64,000 bases of DNA from an uncultured Bacteroidales bacterium (lineage in GTDB: Bacteria > Bacteroidota > Bacteroidia > Bacteroidales > JAGOPY01), in assembly GCA_964619555.1 (NCBI GenBank), contig CAZUDV010000006.1, positions 178,394-242,393 of the forward strand, written 5' to 3'. Below are positions 49,154 to 58,348 of the stretch, piece after piece; the first letter of the stretch is position 1, and each line of letters opens with the position of its first letter. Under the pieces are notes generated by a model that worked only from the letters and a program-made list of their open reading frames with translations, did not search any database and was not told where the DNA came from. Both the position numbers and the translations under genes were made by a program.

Positions 49154-50299
49154 TCATGCTTTTTGGATTTTGACTCTCTTTAACCGCCTCTTGATATTCG
49201 CTTCATAAACATAATAATCGATCAGAGGGGCGAAGACGTTCATCAGAAGAATGGCCAGCATCACACCCTCAGGGTAAGCGGGGTTAAATACGCGGATAAT
49301 TACGATCAGAAAGCCAAGGATAAGGCCGTAGATCCATTTGCCCCGGTTAGTTTGTGCCGCTGATACCGGGTCGGTCGCCATAAATACGGTTCCGAAAGCA
49401 AATCCGCCCATGATCAGGTGGTAATAGCCCGGAAGCGCTGTATAATCATTAAATGATACCAGGTTCAGGAAATAGGCCAGTCCCAGGGTCCCGATTGTCG
49501 TTGCAAGCATGATCCTCCAGCTGCCCACCCCGGTAAAGATCAGGACAGCAGCTCCGATCAGTATGGCCAGCACTGAAGTCTCTCCGATGGAACCAGGTAT
49601 AAAGCCGAGGAACATATCGACAGGGGCCTGCATCTTGTCGAAATCACCGGTCAGTGCGTACCCCAGGGGAGTAGCCCCCGTGAAGGCATCCGCTTTTTCA
49701 GCTATCCAGACTTTATCGCCCGACATATCCTGGGGATAGGCGAAGAATAAAAATGCCCTGGCAGTCAGTGCCGGATTCAGGACATTCATCCCGGTGCCAC
49801 CAAACACTTCCTTGCCGAAAATAACAGCAAAAGCCACGGCTACTGCTACCATCCACAATGGTATATCCGGCGGAAGAACCAATGGGATCAGCATGCCGGT
49901 CACCAGGTAACCTTCATTCACTTCATGGCCCCTGTACTGTGCAAAAATGAATTCAATGCCAAGTCCTACCACGTAGGAGACCACGATGATCGGGAATACT
50001 TTCAGGAATCCGTACCAGAAAGTCTGCCAGAACCCGACAGTTTCAGTGTGTGAAAGATAATGCTGGTATCCTACGTTATAGATCCCGAAAAGCAGTGCCG
50101 GCAATAAAGCGATAACTACGACCGACATGGTCCTTTTCATGTCGATAGAATCCCGGATATGGCTTCCGGAATGCGTGACCTTGTTCGGAACAAAAAGAAA
50201 AGTCTCAAAAGCATCAAAAGTCGATTGCAACTTTTCAAATTTGCCCCCCTTTTCAAACTGAGGTTTTATCCGGTTAAGGAAATTTCTGAGCTGTTTCAT
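49154..50299 (-). CDS. nqrB: Na+-NQR subunit B
   Basis: 381 aa polytopic protein. Contains DAFTGATPLG (flavinylation-site context). Operon position fits. Confidence 0.95.
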   Translation of the reverse strand: MKQLRNFLNRIKPQFEKGGKFEKLQSTFDAFETFLFVPNKVTHSGSHIRDSIDMKRTMSVVVIALLPALLFGIYNVGYQHYLSHTETVGFWQTFWYGFLKVFPIIVVSYVVGLGIEFIFAQYRGHEVNEGYLVTGMLIPLVLPPDIPLWMVAVAVAFAVIFGKEVFGGTGMNVLNPALTARAFLFFAYPQDMSGDKVWIAEKADAFTGATPLGYALTGDFDKMQAPVDMFLGFIPGSIGETSVLAILIGAAVLIFTGVGSWRIMLATTIGTLGLAYFLNLVSFNDYTALPGYYHLIMGGFAFGTVFMATDPVSAAQTNRGKWIYGLILGFLIVIIRVFNPAYPEGVMLAILLMNVFAPLIDYYVYEANIKRRLKRVKIQKA

Positions 50300-50360
50300 C
50301 CGTTTCCTGTTAATTATTTTTTTGGTTTTTAAACTTGATTGTGAAATACGGCAGCACCTG

Positions 50361-51710
50361 TCAACTCATTTCCTTTCTGATCAATTCCAGGCCTTTTCTT
50401 ACAATCGACTGGATATCGGTTTTGGAAGTGTCGATGAATTCACAAAGAGCAAAATCTTCTTCATCCACTTCATAGATACCCAGTTTTTCCATCATATCAA
50501 TATCTTCAATCATGATGGATTTGATAAGCTGAAGGGGATAAATGTCCCATCCGAACACCTGCTCGAACTGTCCGGTCATGACGAAGGCACGGTGGCCTCC
50601 GTTCAGATTGGTATCCAGCCGGTATTTTGCCGCGGGCTTCATCCATGAAAAGAAAGACCTCGAAAAGCTGTATTTACCCAGGCCTGGAAGCGCCCAGCCG
50701 AGGAATTCAAAATGGTCCCCTTCCGGGATGACAGTTACCTGGGAATCATAGAATCCGGCATATCCGTCTGATTCTATTTGTTTTCCGGTTAACACATTGC
50801 CGCTGATATACCGATGCTTTCCATGGGTAACATTATTTTCCAGCATACCTTCAATACTACTGCCGAGCCTTGTTTTAAAATATTGAGGCCGTTTTATTTC
50901 GGAACCGGTTACGGCAATCAACCTGGTTGAATCCACCCGTCCTTCCAGGAAAAATCTCCCTATGTGCAAAACATCGGATGGTCGAAGATACCATATAATA
51001 TCTCCTTTATTGATCGGGTCCAGATGCGCGATCTGGGTCCCGACATTACCGGCAGGGTGTTTTCCCGAGAAATGATTGATCCGCACATTTTTTGAATTCG
51101 TAAATACCTTGGATGGAGGGGCATCAGTGCTAACATTGAGGTGGACACTGCCCTTCGTTAGTTTGGCAAGCGTATCGAGACCGGCCTGAAACGCCTCACC
51201 GGCTCCATGTACGATCAGATCATAATCGGGTGCTAATGGCGCTGTGTCGAATGCGGAAATGAATATCGCTTTCGGTTCCGTGGTGGGATTGGCAATTATG
51301 CTGTAAGGCCTCTGCCGGATTACCGGCCATACACCGCTTTTCAACATCCTGTCCAGAATCTCCTCCCGGCTGAGTTTGTTTGGATCGGCTTTACCAAACT
51401 CAACTGCATCATCTTTTCCATCCGATTCGATCACGACTTCGAGCAGGATGCGCTTTTCTCCGCGCCGCAGATCTTTTACCCTTCCGCTGATCGGAGAAGT
51501 AAACTGGATGTTTTCATTGTATTTATCGTAAAACAATGCGCTTCCAGCTTTGACAACGTCCCCTTCCGCTACCAGGAGTTTCGGAAAAATCCCAATAAAA
51601 TCAGTGGGTTTGATGGCACAGCACTTCGGGAATAATTCAGTGACAGTCTTTTCGGCTTCTCCAACCAGGTTGATCGTAAGCCCTTTGCGGATCTTGATCA
51701 CGTCAGACAT
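50361..51710 (-). CDS. nqrA: Na+-NQR subunit A
   Basis: 449 aa soluble subunit. N-terminus MSDVIKIRKGLTINLVGEAEK. First gene of the operon. Confidence 0.95.
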   Translation of the reverse strand: MSDVIKIRKGLTINLVGEAEKTVTELFPKCCAIKPTDFIGIFPKLLVAEGDVVKAGSALFYDKYNENIQFTSPISGRVKDLRRGEKRILLEVVIESDGKDDAVEFGKADPNKLSREEILDRMLKSGVWPVIRQRPYSIIANPTTEPKAIFISAFDTAPLAPDYDLIVHGAGEAFQAGLDTLAKLTKGSVHLNVSTDAPPSKVFTNSKNVRINHFSGKHPAGNVGTQIAHLDPINKGDIIWYLRPSDVLHIGRFFLEGRVDSTRLIAVTGSEIKRPQYFKTRLGSSIEGMLENNVTHGKHRYISGNVLTGKQIESDGYAGFYDSQVTVIPEGDHFEFLGWALPGLGKYSFSRSFFSWMKPAAKYRLDTNLNGGHRAFVMTGQFEQVFGWDIYPLQLIKSIMIEDIDMMEKLGIYEVDEEDFALCEFIDTSKTDIQSIVRKGLELIRKEMS

Positions 51711-51860
51711 ATAAAAAACTATGTATATTTTTGAAATGCAAGTTTACGGCAATTTTTGTTTCTATGCAATGAGAACCCATAAAATCATAAGGACTGGAGT
51801 GATTTTTGTGTACACTTTCATTTCTTTGCGAAATTTGCATCGGATTAACCCGTCACGAAA

Positions 51861-53150
51861 ATGAGGCCTGCATTGTTGAAAATATTGATTATCTGTATAT
51901 TGATCCCTGAATGGATCTATTCCCAGGACAGTTATTACCAGGGGGATTTTATCCGGAATGAAAACGCCACGTACCGCGACAATATCCAGACGGTATTGCT
52001 TTATAAACTGGGTTTTGAGCTGAGTCCTCCCATCATTCAAATGAACACCGAAGAGAAGCTGCTGCTGTCGTTCGATGACCTGGATGCCGACCATAAGAAC
52101 TACAGGTATACGATTATTCACTGCGATGCTTTCTGGAGGCCTTCGGAACTGATGCAAATGGAATATATCGAAGGTTTCTTTGAGGATGATATTAATGATT
52201 ACAAAGTCTCATTCAATACTACCACACGGTATATGAATTATATCCTGGCCTTTCCGACCGAATATTTAAAACTTAAAAAATCGGGCAATTACATCCTGAA
52301 AGTATTCCTGGGAACTCCGGAAGACCAGAATATCGTCCTGACCAGGCGGTTTATGGTTTACGAGTCACTGGCCAATGTCAGTGTAACTGTGAACAAAGCG
52401 ATGGATTTGAATAAACGATATACCCACCAGCAGATTGATATCCGCATGACATCGCCGAATTACCCTATAACGGATTCTCATCGTGACCTTCATGTTTTCA
52501 TTATGCAGAACGGCCGGTGGGACAATCTTCTTCAAAATGTCCAGCCAAGGCTTATCACCGGAAACCTGTATGATTATACCATGCAACAGGACCTGGCATT
52601 CCCAGGTGGAAATGAATTTCGGTACCTGGACCTGAAAACACTGAAATACAATACTGACCGAATGAAGATGATCACATACGAGGAGGATGGATATCATGTT
52701 TTTGTGATGACCGATGATTTGAGGACAACAGGCAATTACAAATATGATGAAGACATCAACGGGCGCCGTTTGATTGCTGTGAACCAGGCCCGGGATCCTT
52801 ATACAGAAGCCGACTATGCCTGGGTGCACTTCCTTCTGCCCTATTATCCGCCATTAGCAGATGGCGCTTTATATGTTTCAGGATCCTTTTCAGACTGGCA
52901 GTATAATCCTTCTTGTAAAATGACTTATAACTATGATCTGCGTGCTTATGAGGCTAAAATTTTCCTGAAACAAGGCTATTACAATTATGCTTATACCTTT
53001 CTTGAAAACAGGTCTGCTGCAGGGGATGTGACATTTATAGAAGGCAGTCACTGGGAAACTGAAAATGAATACGCCGTTCTGGTATATCACAGGATGCAGG
53101 GGGACTTTTACGACCGGTTGATTGGCATCGGATATGCAGGGGGAGAATAA
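51861..53150 (+). CDS. DUF5103-like protein (the family now linked to the T9SS plug protein)
   Basis: 429 aa with a signal peptide. The segment LLLSFDDLDADHKNYRYTIIHCDAFWRPSELMQMEYIEGF matches my recollection of the DUF5103 signature. Not verified by a search. Confidence 0.6.
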   Translation: MRPALLKILIICILIPEWIYSQDSYYQGDFIRNENATYRDNIQTVLLYKLGFELSPPIIQMNTEEKLLLSFDDLDADHKNYRYTIIHCDAFWRPSELMQMEYIEGFFEDDINDYKVSFNTTTRYMNYILAFPTEYLKLKKSGNYILKVFLGTPEDQNIVLTRRFMVYESLANVSVTVNKAMDLNKRYTHQQIDIRMTSPNYPITDSHRDLHVFIMQNGRWDNLLQNVQPRLITGNLYDYTMQQDLAFPGGNEFRYLDLKTLKYNTDRMKMITYEEDGYHVFVMTDDLRTTGNYKYDEDINGRRLIAVNQARDPYTEADYAWVHFLLPYYPPLADGALYVSGSFSDWQYNPSCKMTYNYDLRAYEAKIFLKQGYYNYAYTFLENRSAAGDVTFIEGSHWETENEYAVLVYHRMQGDFYDRLIGIGYAGGE

Positions 53151-53187
53151 ACAGGCGAACGGGGAAAGAGGGATCTGTTTCCGAGTG

Positions 53188-54429
53188 TCATTCGTATCTA
53201 AGGGATTCGATCGGATCGAGGCGGGCGGCTTTATTGGCGGGGACAATGCCGGATATCAAAGCTACCACAAAGCAAAGCGTCACTCCCAGAAAGATCCATG
53301 ACCAGGGTATTATAAAGCTCGTCTTCAAGATCATAGACAAAACGTTCCCGATGCCGATCCCAAAAATGATACCGAGGATCCCTCCCATTTGTGCGATTAC
53401 GATGGATTCCACCAGGAATTGGTTCCGGATGGCCTGTCGAGTTGCGCCCATTGCCTTGCGTATGCCGATTTCAAGGGTACGCTCGGTAACCGAGACCAAC
53501 ATGATGTTCATCAAGCCAATGGCTGCCCCCAGAAGTGTAATCAAGCCGATAAAAGTTGCGGCCAGCGCCACGCTGCTAATGAGTTCCGTGAGCATATTGG
53601 CCAGGCTGTCGCTGCGGTTGATATCAAATGTCTGCTCCTCTCCGACTTTATCCCCGCGAATCTTTCGGAATAAACCGATCGATTCGCCGATAGCCTGATC
53701 CATCTGAAGCGGGTCATTGCTGGCAATATTGATCCTGTATGACCGGTCAGGACGGGGGAAATATTGATTGACATTATTTAAAGGCAGCAGGCAGTCGCGG
53801 TCACCGCTAAATCCAATACTGCTTCCTTTTTCTTTTAAAACCCCGATTACCTGATATTTACCAGGACCCACAGAAATGGTTTTTCCAATCGGATCTTCGT
53901 TGGCTTTAAATAACTTTTGTTCCAGTTCGCTCCCGATGATTACCACATGGGCCCCATAATAGACCTCGCTTTCAATGAAATTCCTTCCCTTTGAGATTTC
54001 CATGCCTGCCGTCACCAGGTAATTTTCATCTGTTCCCAGCACAACTATGTTGGGATTCGTCTTTTCGGATTTATATTTCAGGGTAGAAGTATGAGTGGCA
54101 AATGCTGAGACGGAAACGGCAGCCGGGAAATCAAATTCCTTTTTAAATCGCATCGCCTGGTCATAATCTATCCGTTTGAATAACTTCGGATCATTCCGCC
54201 TGCCCCCGATCTGAACCATCATTTCCCTGTTCTGGATGGAAAATGTATTGGCACCCATCTGCATAAAATTATCATTCAGGAAGTATTTGATCGAATCAAT
54301 GGCAGTCAGGATACCAATCAGTGCCATGATCCCGAACGCAATGATCATGACTGTCAGAATGGTCCGAAGCAGATGGCTCCTGATGGATTCGAGGGAAATG
54401 CGGATATTTTCCTGGATAAGAAGTTTCAT
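53188..54429 (-). CDS. ABC transporter permease, MacB/FtsX-like
   Basis: 413 aa. N-terminal TM helix, large periplasmic domain, and a C-terminal FtsX 3-TM module ([14 protein letters not shown]). Confidence 0.85.
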   Translation of the reverse strand: MKLLIQENIRISLESIRSHLLRTILTVMIIAFGIMALIGILTAIDSIKYFLNDNFMQMGANTFSIQNREMMVQIGGRRNDPKLFKRIDYDQAMRFKKEFDFPAAVSVSAFATHTSTLKYKSEKTNPNIVVLGTDENYLVTAGMEISKGRNFIESEVYYGAHVVIIGSELEQKLFKANEDPIGKTISVGPGKYQVIGVLKEKGSSIGFSGDRDCLLPLNNVNQYFPRPDRSYRINIASNDPLQMDQAIGESIGLFRKIRGDKVGEEQTFDINRSDSLANMLTELISSVALAATFIGLITLLGAAIGLMNIMLVSVTERTLEIGIRKAMGATRQAIRNQFLVESIVIAQMGGILGIIFGIGIGNVLSMILKTSFIIPWSWIFLGVTLCFVVALISGIVPANKAARLDPIESLRYE

Positions 54430-54434
54430 CGGTA

Positions 54435-54442
54435 CAAAGATA
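54435..54442 (-). promoter_or_regulatory. -7 box (TATCTTTG on the minus strand) just upstream of the ABC permease
   Basis: Exact match only 5 nt from the ATG. This implies a leaderless mRNA or a downstream true start. Confidence 0.35.
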
Positions 54443-54494
54443 ATGAAACAGGCTGAAAAAAACTGATGCCCGAAAATGTCCGACTAGAATCCGT

Positions 54495-55442
54495 TTAAAT
54501 CCCGAAAAGTGACCTGCCCCATTTCACGAACTGATAAGCCGGTTTCAGCATCCATGGCCATCTGTTGAAATACAACCGTTGATAGATAAGTTCCCGTGCC
54601 CCGAAACTTTTATAAAACCTTGCCAGGTTCGGATCATTTGAACCATCAAAATCAAAGGTAACAGGTTTCCCGGCATGTTCCCGGATAAAGGAGTCGATCA
54701 GGTACGGCATCGCCCCGCATTCCTTTCCTTCAGAACTCAGCCCTGAAAAAAGAAAAATGGTTTTTTTATTGATAGTGAAGAAGAAGGCGCCTGCACACAA
54801 CTGGTTCTGAAGGTTATACACCCCCCAAATATCGGCTATGCCTTTGTGAATGCAGGTATAGGTCATCCTTTTCAGCCGTGAATAATCCGATTCCTTCAGG
54901 TGGGCTATATCCTTCCCCCGGTTTCTTCGGAAAATATCGATGATATCATCCGGTTTGATGTTCCGGGAAATATTCAGGCCGGCTTTGTCAGCTTTTTTCA
55001 GGTTCCTGGCAAGATTGTCCGAATATTTTGAACGCAGGTCCTCATAATTCTTGATCAGGTCGAGCTCATGGTTGAACTGAGGGATTATCTTGAAGCTCTT
55101 TTCATCAGCCTGATTGTGGGTATTCAGGTTAATTTCTCCCATTCGGAAATGTCCGGGTATGGACCGTATGAATTGATGCAGGATATCTGATGACAGTTGC
55201 TTCCTGGAATACAAGCCGAGTTGTTGAGTGAAAAAGGGCTGATAGATGTACGAAATTCCGAATCTTTTTCGGAATACGACGGGGAAAACCCTCTCGTAAT
55301 CGTCTTCTATCAATGCATTCCATTCAGGTGCGACAGAATCCAGGAACCAACTGTAACCATAAAGATTGCCATTGAACGAGTGCTGGATGCATTCGTCCCA
55401 CTTCCGGTCATTAATTTCCTTTCTTTCAACGAATTGAATCAC
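54495..55442 (-). CDS. FemAB / CelD (BioF2-like) family acyltransferase-like protein (operon gene A)
   Basis: 315 aa. The C-terminal half (AGAFFFTINKKTIFLFSGLSSEGKECGAMPYLIDSFI ... FDFDGSNDPNLARFYKSFGA) resembles the GNAT-related Acetyltransf_6/FemAB fold families. Assigned by eye only. Confidence 0.5.
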   Translation of the reverse strand: MIQFVERKEINDRKWDECIQHSFNGNLYGYSWFLDSVAPEWNALIEDDYERVFPVVFRKRFGISYIYQPFFTQQLGLYSRKQLSSDILHQFIRSIPGHFRMGEINLNTHNQADEKSFKIIPQFNHELDLIKNYEDLRSKYSDNLARNLKKADKAGLNISRNIKPDDIIDIFRRNRGKDIAHLKESDYSRLKRMTYTCIHKGIADIWGVYNLQNQLCAGAFFFTINKKTIFLFSGLSSEGKECGAMPYLIDSFIREHAGKPVTFDFDGSNDPNLARFYKSFGARELIYQRLYFNRWPWMLKPAYQFVKWGRSLFGI

Positions 55443-56752
55443 AATGATCTATTAAAAGATTTTTCCATTATTTCTTCCAGCACCTTTCTCCAACCGGCGT
55501 ACTGGCCTTTTTCACTGAGGGCATAATTATGCCAAATCCCAATGGTCTCTCCACCGAACCGGTAACTATATTCAAGGAATCCTTGCATTTCACTCATAGC
55601 AGCTCCCGGTGAAAGCTTTTTATGGTCAATCATGGCAGAATCCATAAAGGTAAACGGATGCAAGGTAAGGTCTTTGATCTCATCCTTTTCAATATCATAA
55701 AAACGAAACGGGTTGGCTGTCCCGGCCCTATAACCATTGGTCGTCGAATAACCAAGGGAATAATCATCGGTAATACCCGATTCGGTTAGGAGCCGGAAGG
55801 ATTCGGGAAATTTCAGCCGGAGGAAATGGAACCGATTTTTCCGGACCGGCTTTCCGATTATGTTCTCCAGTCTGCATTTTTCTTTTAAATATAGCTCCTT
55901 GTCAAGGAATGAAAAATAAGACGGATGAATGCCTATTTCAAAATTCCGTGAAAGGTATTCGATTATTTTTCTGAATCGCGGATTCCTGTAATCTGTATTA
56001 CGATCGAAGCGGCTGAAATCTCCCAACAGGATGAAATAAACCGAATTTAGGCCGTATTGAGTGGCCAGTTCCACCTGCCAGTCAAAGTTATCATAAGGAT
56101 CTGCTAAATTTCCGGTCAAGACATTCAGTCGTTCAAGCATTTCTTTAAATTGGCCGGTCAGCAGCAGTTTTGTCCATGCGGCAGCAGCCCTGGTTAAACC
56201 TTTGGCCAGATGGGCATAAGCGATATCTACGTCGAATGTCGGAATAAACCGGGAGATTGATTCGCGGAACTTCAAACCAGGAAATTGCCTGATCAGTAAT
56301 GCCTTAAATTTATCGGCCAGGATATTGACCAGTGGCATACCCAGGAATCCTCCCCGGTAGGCAATACTTTCCGAGGCCGGGAACCTGCTGTGTTCATCGT
56401 GATGGATTGGCAGATACTCTTCATACCTGGTTATCAGGTAAAAAGCGATGGCAAATGGATCATAGGGCAATTCAGATGGTTCGTCTACACGGAAAAAAAC
56501 CGGTAATCCCTGCCACTCAAAGATGACTATCTTATAATTCTTTAATCCTTTATCCGATAAAACCGGATGCGCTGCAAAATGCACAGTATCTGCCAAGGCA
56601 GTTTTTCCGTAACTGATTTTAGGTCCCTGAAAATCTATAAAATACCGGACTTCATCTGTCATGGAATAACTCAATCCTAATACCTCCCTGAAAAAAAAAT
56701 CGAAGATATATTGATGCCGGGGGGTGATATTTTCAATGTATACCAGGAGCAC
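55439..56752 (-). CDS. polysaccharide deacetylase (NodB)-like protein with an N-terminal extension (operon gene B)
   Basis: 437 aa. Contains FIPTFDVDIAYAH (TFDxD-like motif 1), FEIGIHPSY and NRFHFLRL. Overlaps gene A as ATGA. Confidence 0.5.
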   Translation of the reverse strand: MLLVYIENITPRHQYIFDFFFREVLGLSYSMTDEVRYFIDFQGPKISYGKTALADTVHFAAHPVLSDKGLKNYKIVIFEWQGLPVFFRVDEPSELPYDPFAIAFYLITRYEEYLPIHHDEHSRFPASESIAYRGGFLGMPLVNILADKFKALLIRQFPGLKFRESISRFIPTFDVDIAYAHLAKGLTRAAAAWTKLLLTGQFKEMLERLNVLTGNLADPYDNFDWQVELATQYGLNSVYFILLGDFSRFDRNTDYRNPRFRKIIEYLSRNFEIGIHPSYFSFLDKELYLKEKCRLENIIGKPVRKNRFHFLRLKFPESFRLLTESGITDDYSLGYSTTNGYRAGTANPFRFYDIEKDEIKDLTLHPFTFMDSAMIDHKKLSPGAAMSEMQGFLEYSYRFGGETIGIWHNYALSEKGQYAGWRKVLEEIMEKSFNRSL

Positions 56753-57683
56753 GACTAATTCTGTCAGATTTTGTATAAAAGCCTATTTGACCCAACAACT
56801 GCTTGGTCATATCACGAAAGTACAAATTGCTGCTGAAACAGGCTATATTCCGGGCATTGTTCTGTGTGATTTCCGATTTAACGGCTTCAAACGACTTTGC
56901 AATATCCACAATCGTGCACGGAATTCCATTTATCCGTGTTTTGACCGCGATACCTGAATTCACCAGGGCCATTTCAAGACCTGACATCTCCATGGTCCAA
57001 CCCATATTTTTTTTGTAGAGCAAATATTCTTCCCATTCCCTTTCGTCCAGTTGTAATATCCTGTATCTTCTATATTTACGATATTTGACTTTACATAATT
57101 CTTCAACGTAATGGACAAACGTGAAGGCATTGCTCAGAGGCGTACCGAGGATCAGCATCATTGCTTGATGATTGTGCAAAAAAGCAAAGGGGGAATCCGG
57201 GCCGAAGGAACTTTTATTTCTAAGGTTGCAAAGAGTGCCGGTTTCTTTTCCACTTACCAGGAATGAATGAAGGGGATGCCTGGTTCGCCGGAAATCATTC
57301 ATTTTCATGGCTTCAACAGCAAGGGCCCCGGTAATGGGAAGGGTCCTGGACCGGCTGAATTGATCCTTGTCCTTCAGGTTGTGATTAAAGGCGGAAATGA
57401 CAAGTGTGCCTTCATCTCCCAGATGATCCAGAAAACTCCCGATAAATTTCCGGGTGTCGAATTCCTTCTCCTTTTTACGGGCGTTTAAGGCCAGCCCGGT
57501 CAGGTCTGCAGCAAGCCACAGAACCTGTCCTTTCCCGATGCCAATAGCTCCGGCAATTTTTTGATAAGGGATATAGTCAGGATTTTTCAATCGGGAGTAA
57601 ATAAAACCAGTATCAATCGATAAATTTTCTGAATTGCTGTAATTCTTCGCTATATCCGAGATTCTTCCAGAATGCCATGGCAT
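56733..57683 (-). CDS. AAC(3)/Antibiotic_NAT family N-acetyltransferase-like protein (operon gene C)
   Basis: Contains DEGTLVISAFN, RTRHPLHSF, GPDSPFAFL and LILGTPLSNAFTFVHYVEE, which follow the AAC(3) family motif order. The first in-frame ATG that limits overlap is 57683. The ORF-track start 57785 lies deep inside the GNAT gene. Confidence 0.6.
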   Translation of the reverse strand: MPWHSGRISDIAKNYSNSENLSIDTGFIYSRLKNPDYIPYQKIAGAIGIGKGQVLWLAADLTGLALNARKKEKEFDTRKFIGSFLDHLGDEGTLVISAFNHNLKDKDQFSRSRTLPITGALAVEAMKMNDFRRTRHPLHSFLVSGKETGTLCNLRNKSSFGPDSPFAFLHNHQAMMLILGTPLSNAFTFVHYVEELCKVKYRKYRRYRILQLDEREWEEYLLYKKNMGWTMEMSGLEMALVNSGIAVKTRINGIPCTIVDIAKSFEAVKSEITQNNARNIACFSSNLYFRDMTKQLLGQIGFYTKSDRISRAPGIH

Positions 57684-58116
57684 CCGGATTTCCGGTGATA
57701 ACCTGCAATTCAACCGAATGGACTTTCTTTGACCGAAACCAGTCCTCCAGCATCGCGACCAATTTAGCTCCCACATGTTTGTCACGAAATTCTTTAGCCA
57801 CGAATATATGGGTTATCATTCCGACCGGTTTTCCTCCCAGATAATCCGGCAGGAATTTGATCATCCCGTGCGCAAAGGCGACCACCTGGTCACCTGATTT
57901 AGCAACAGCCAACCGGCCGAATTTCTCCGCCGTATTCCGTGCCGCGGACATCCACTTCATGGATCCGCTGCTTTCCAGCGGGAGCATGATTCCCAGATTA
58001 TGCATCCAGGCATACATATTGCGGAAGAGATTTTCAACCTGTTCCCACTCTTCCTGTTGCTGGTCCTGTAATATCAAATATTCAAGCTCTGTCATGCTTT
58101 GCTTTTTCAATTGCAT
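57613..58116 (-). CDS. GNAT family N-acetyltransferase (operon gene D)
   Basis: 167 aa. Motif A region HIFVAKEFRDKHVGAKLVAMLEDW and the C-terminus AFWKNLGY. An alternative start is ATG 58095. Confidence 0.8.
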   Translation of the reverse strand: MQLKKQSMTELEYLILQDQQQEEWEQVENLFRNMYAWMHNLGIMLPLESSGSMKWMSAARNTAEKFGRLAVAKSGDQVVAFAHGMIKFLPDYLGGKPVGMITHIFVAKEFRDKHVGAKLVAMLEDWFRSKKVHSVELQVITGNPDAMAFWKNLGYSEELQQFRKFID

Positions 58117-58348
58117 TCATCAGCCCTTCGATGGTCGTAAGATCACCCTTTTCAATGGCTGATTCAAAGTCTATCTCACAATTTGCCGCCTTTTCAAAAG
58201 CTGAAACTATTTCGACGAATTCCAGGGAATTGACCAGTCCGCTTTTGACCAGGTCGAAATGCCCCTTCAGTTCATCAGGCCGGATACTGAAGCGTTCGAG
58301 TTTTCCGGCAAGCAAATCAAACAAGATTTTTCTGGTATTATTTTCCAT
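58082..58348 (-). CDS. acyl/peptidyl carrier protein (DltC-like) (operon gene E)
   Basis: 88 aa. Four-helix-sized with the phosphopantetheine-site context SGLVNSLEFVEIV. Confidence 0.75.
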   Translation of the reverse strand: MENNTRKILFDLLAGKLERFSIRPDELKGHFDLVKSGLVNSLEFVEIVSAFEKAANCEIDFESAIEKGDLTTIEGLMNAIEKAKHDRA

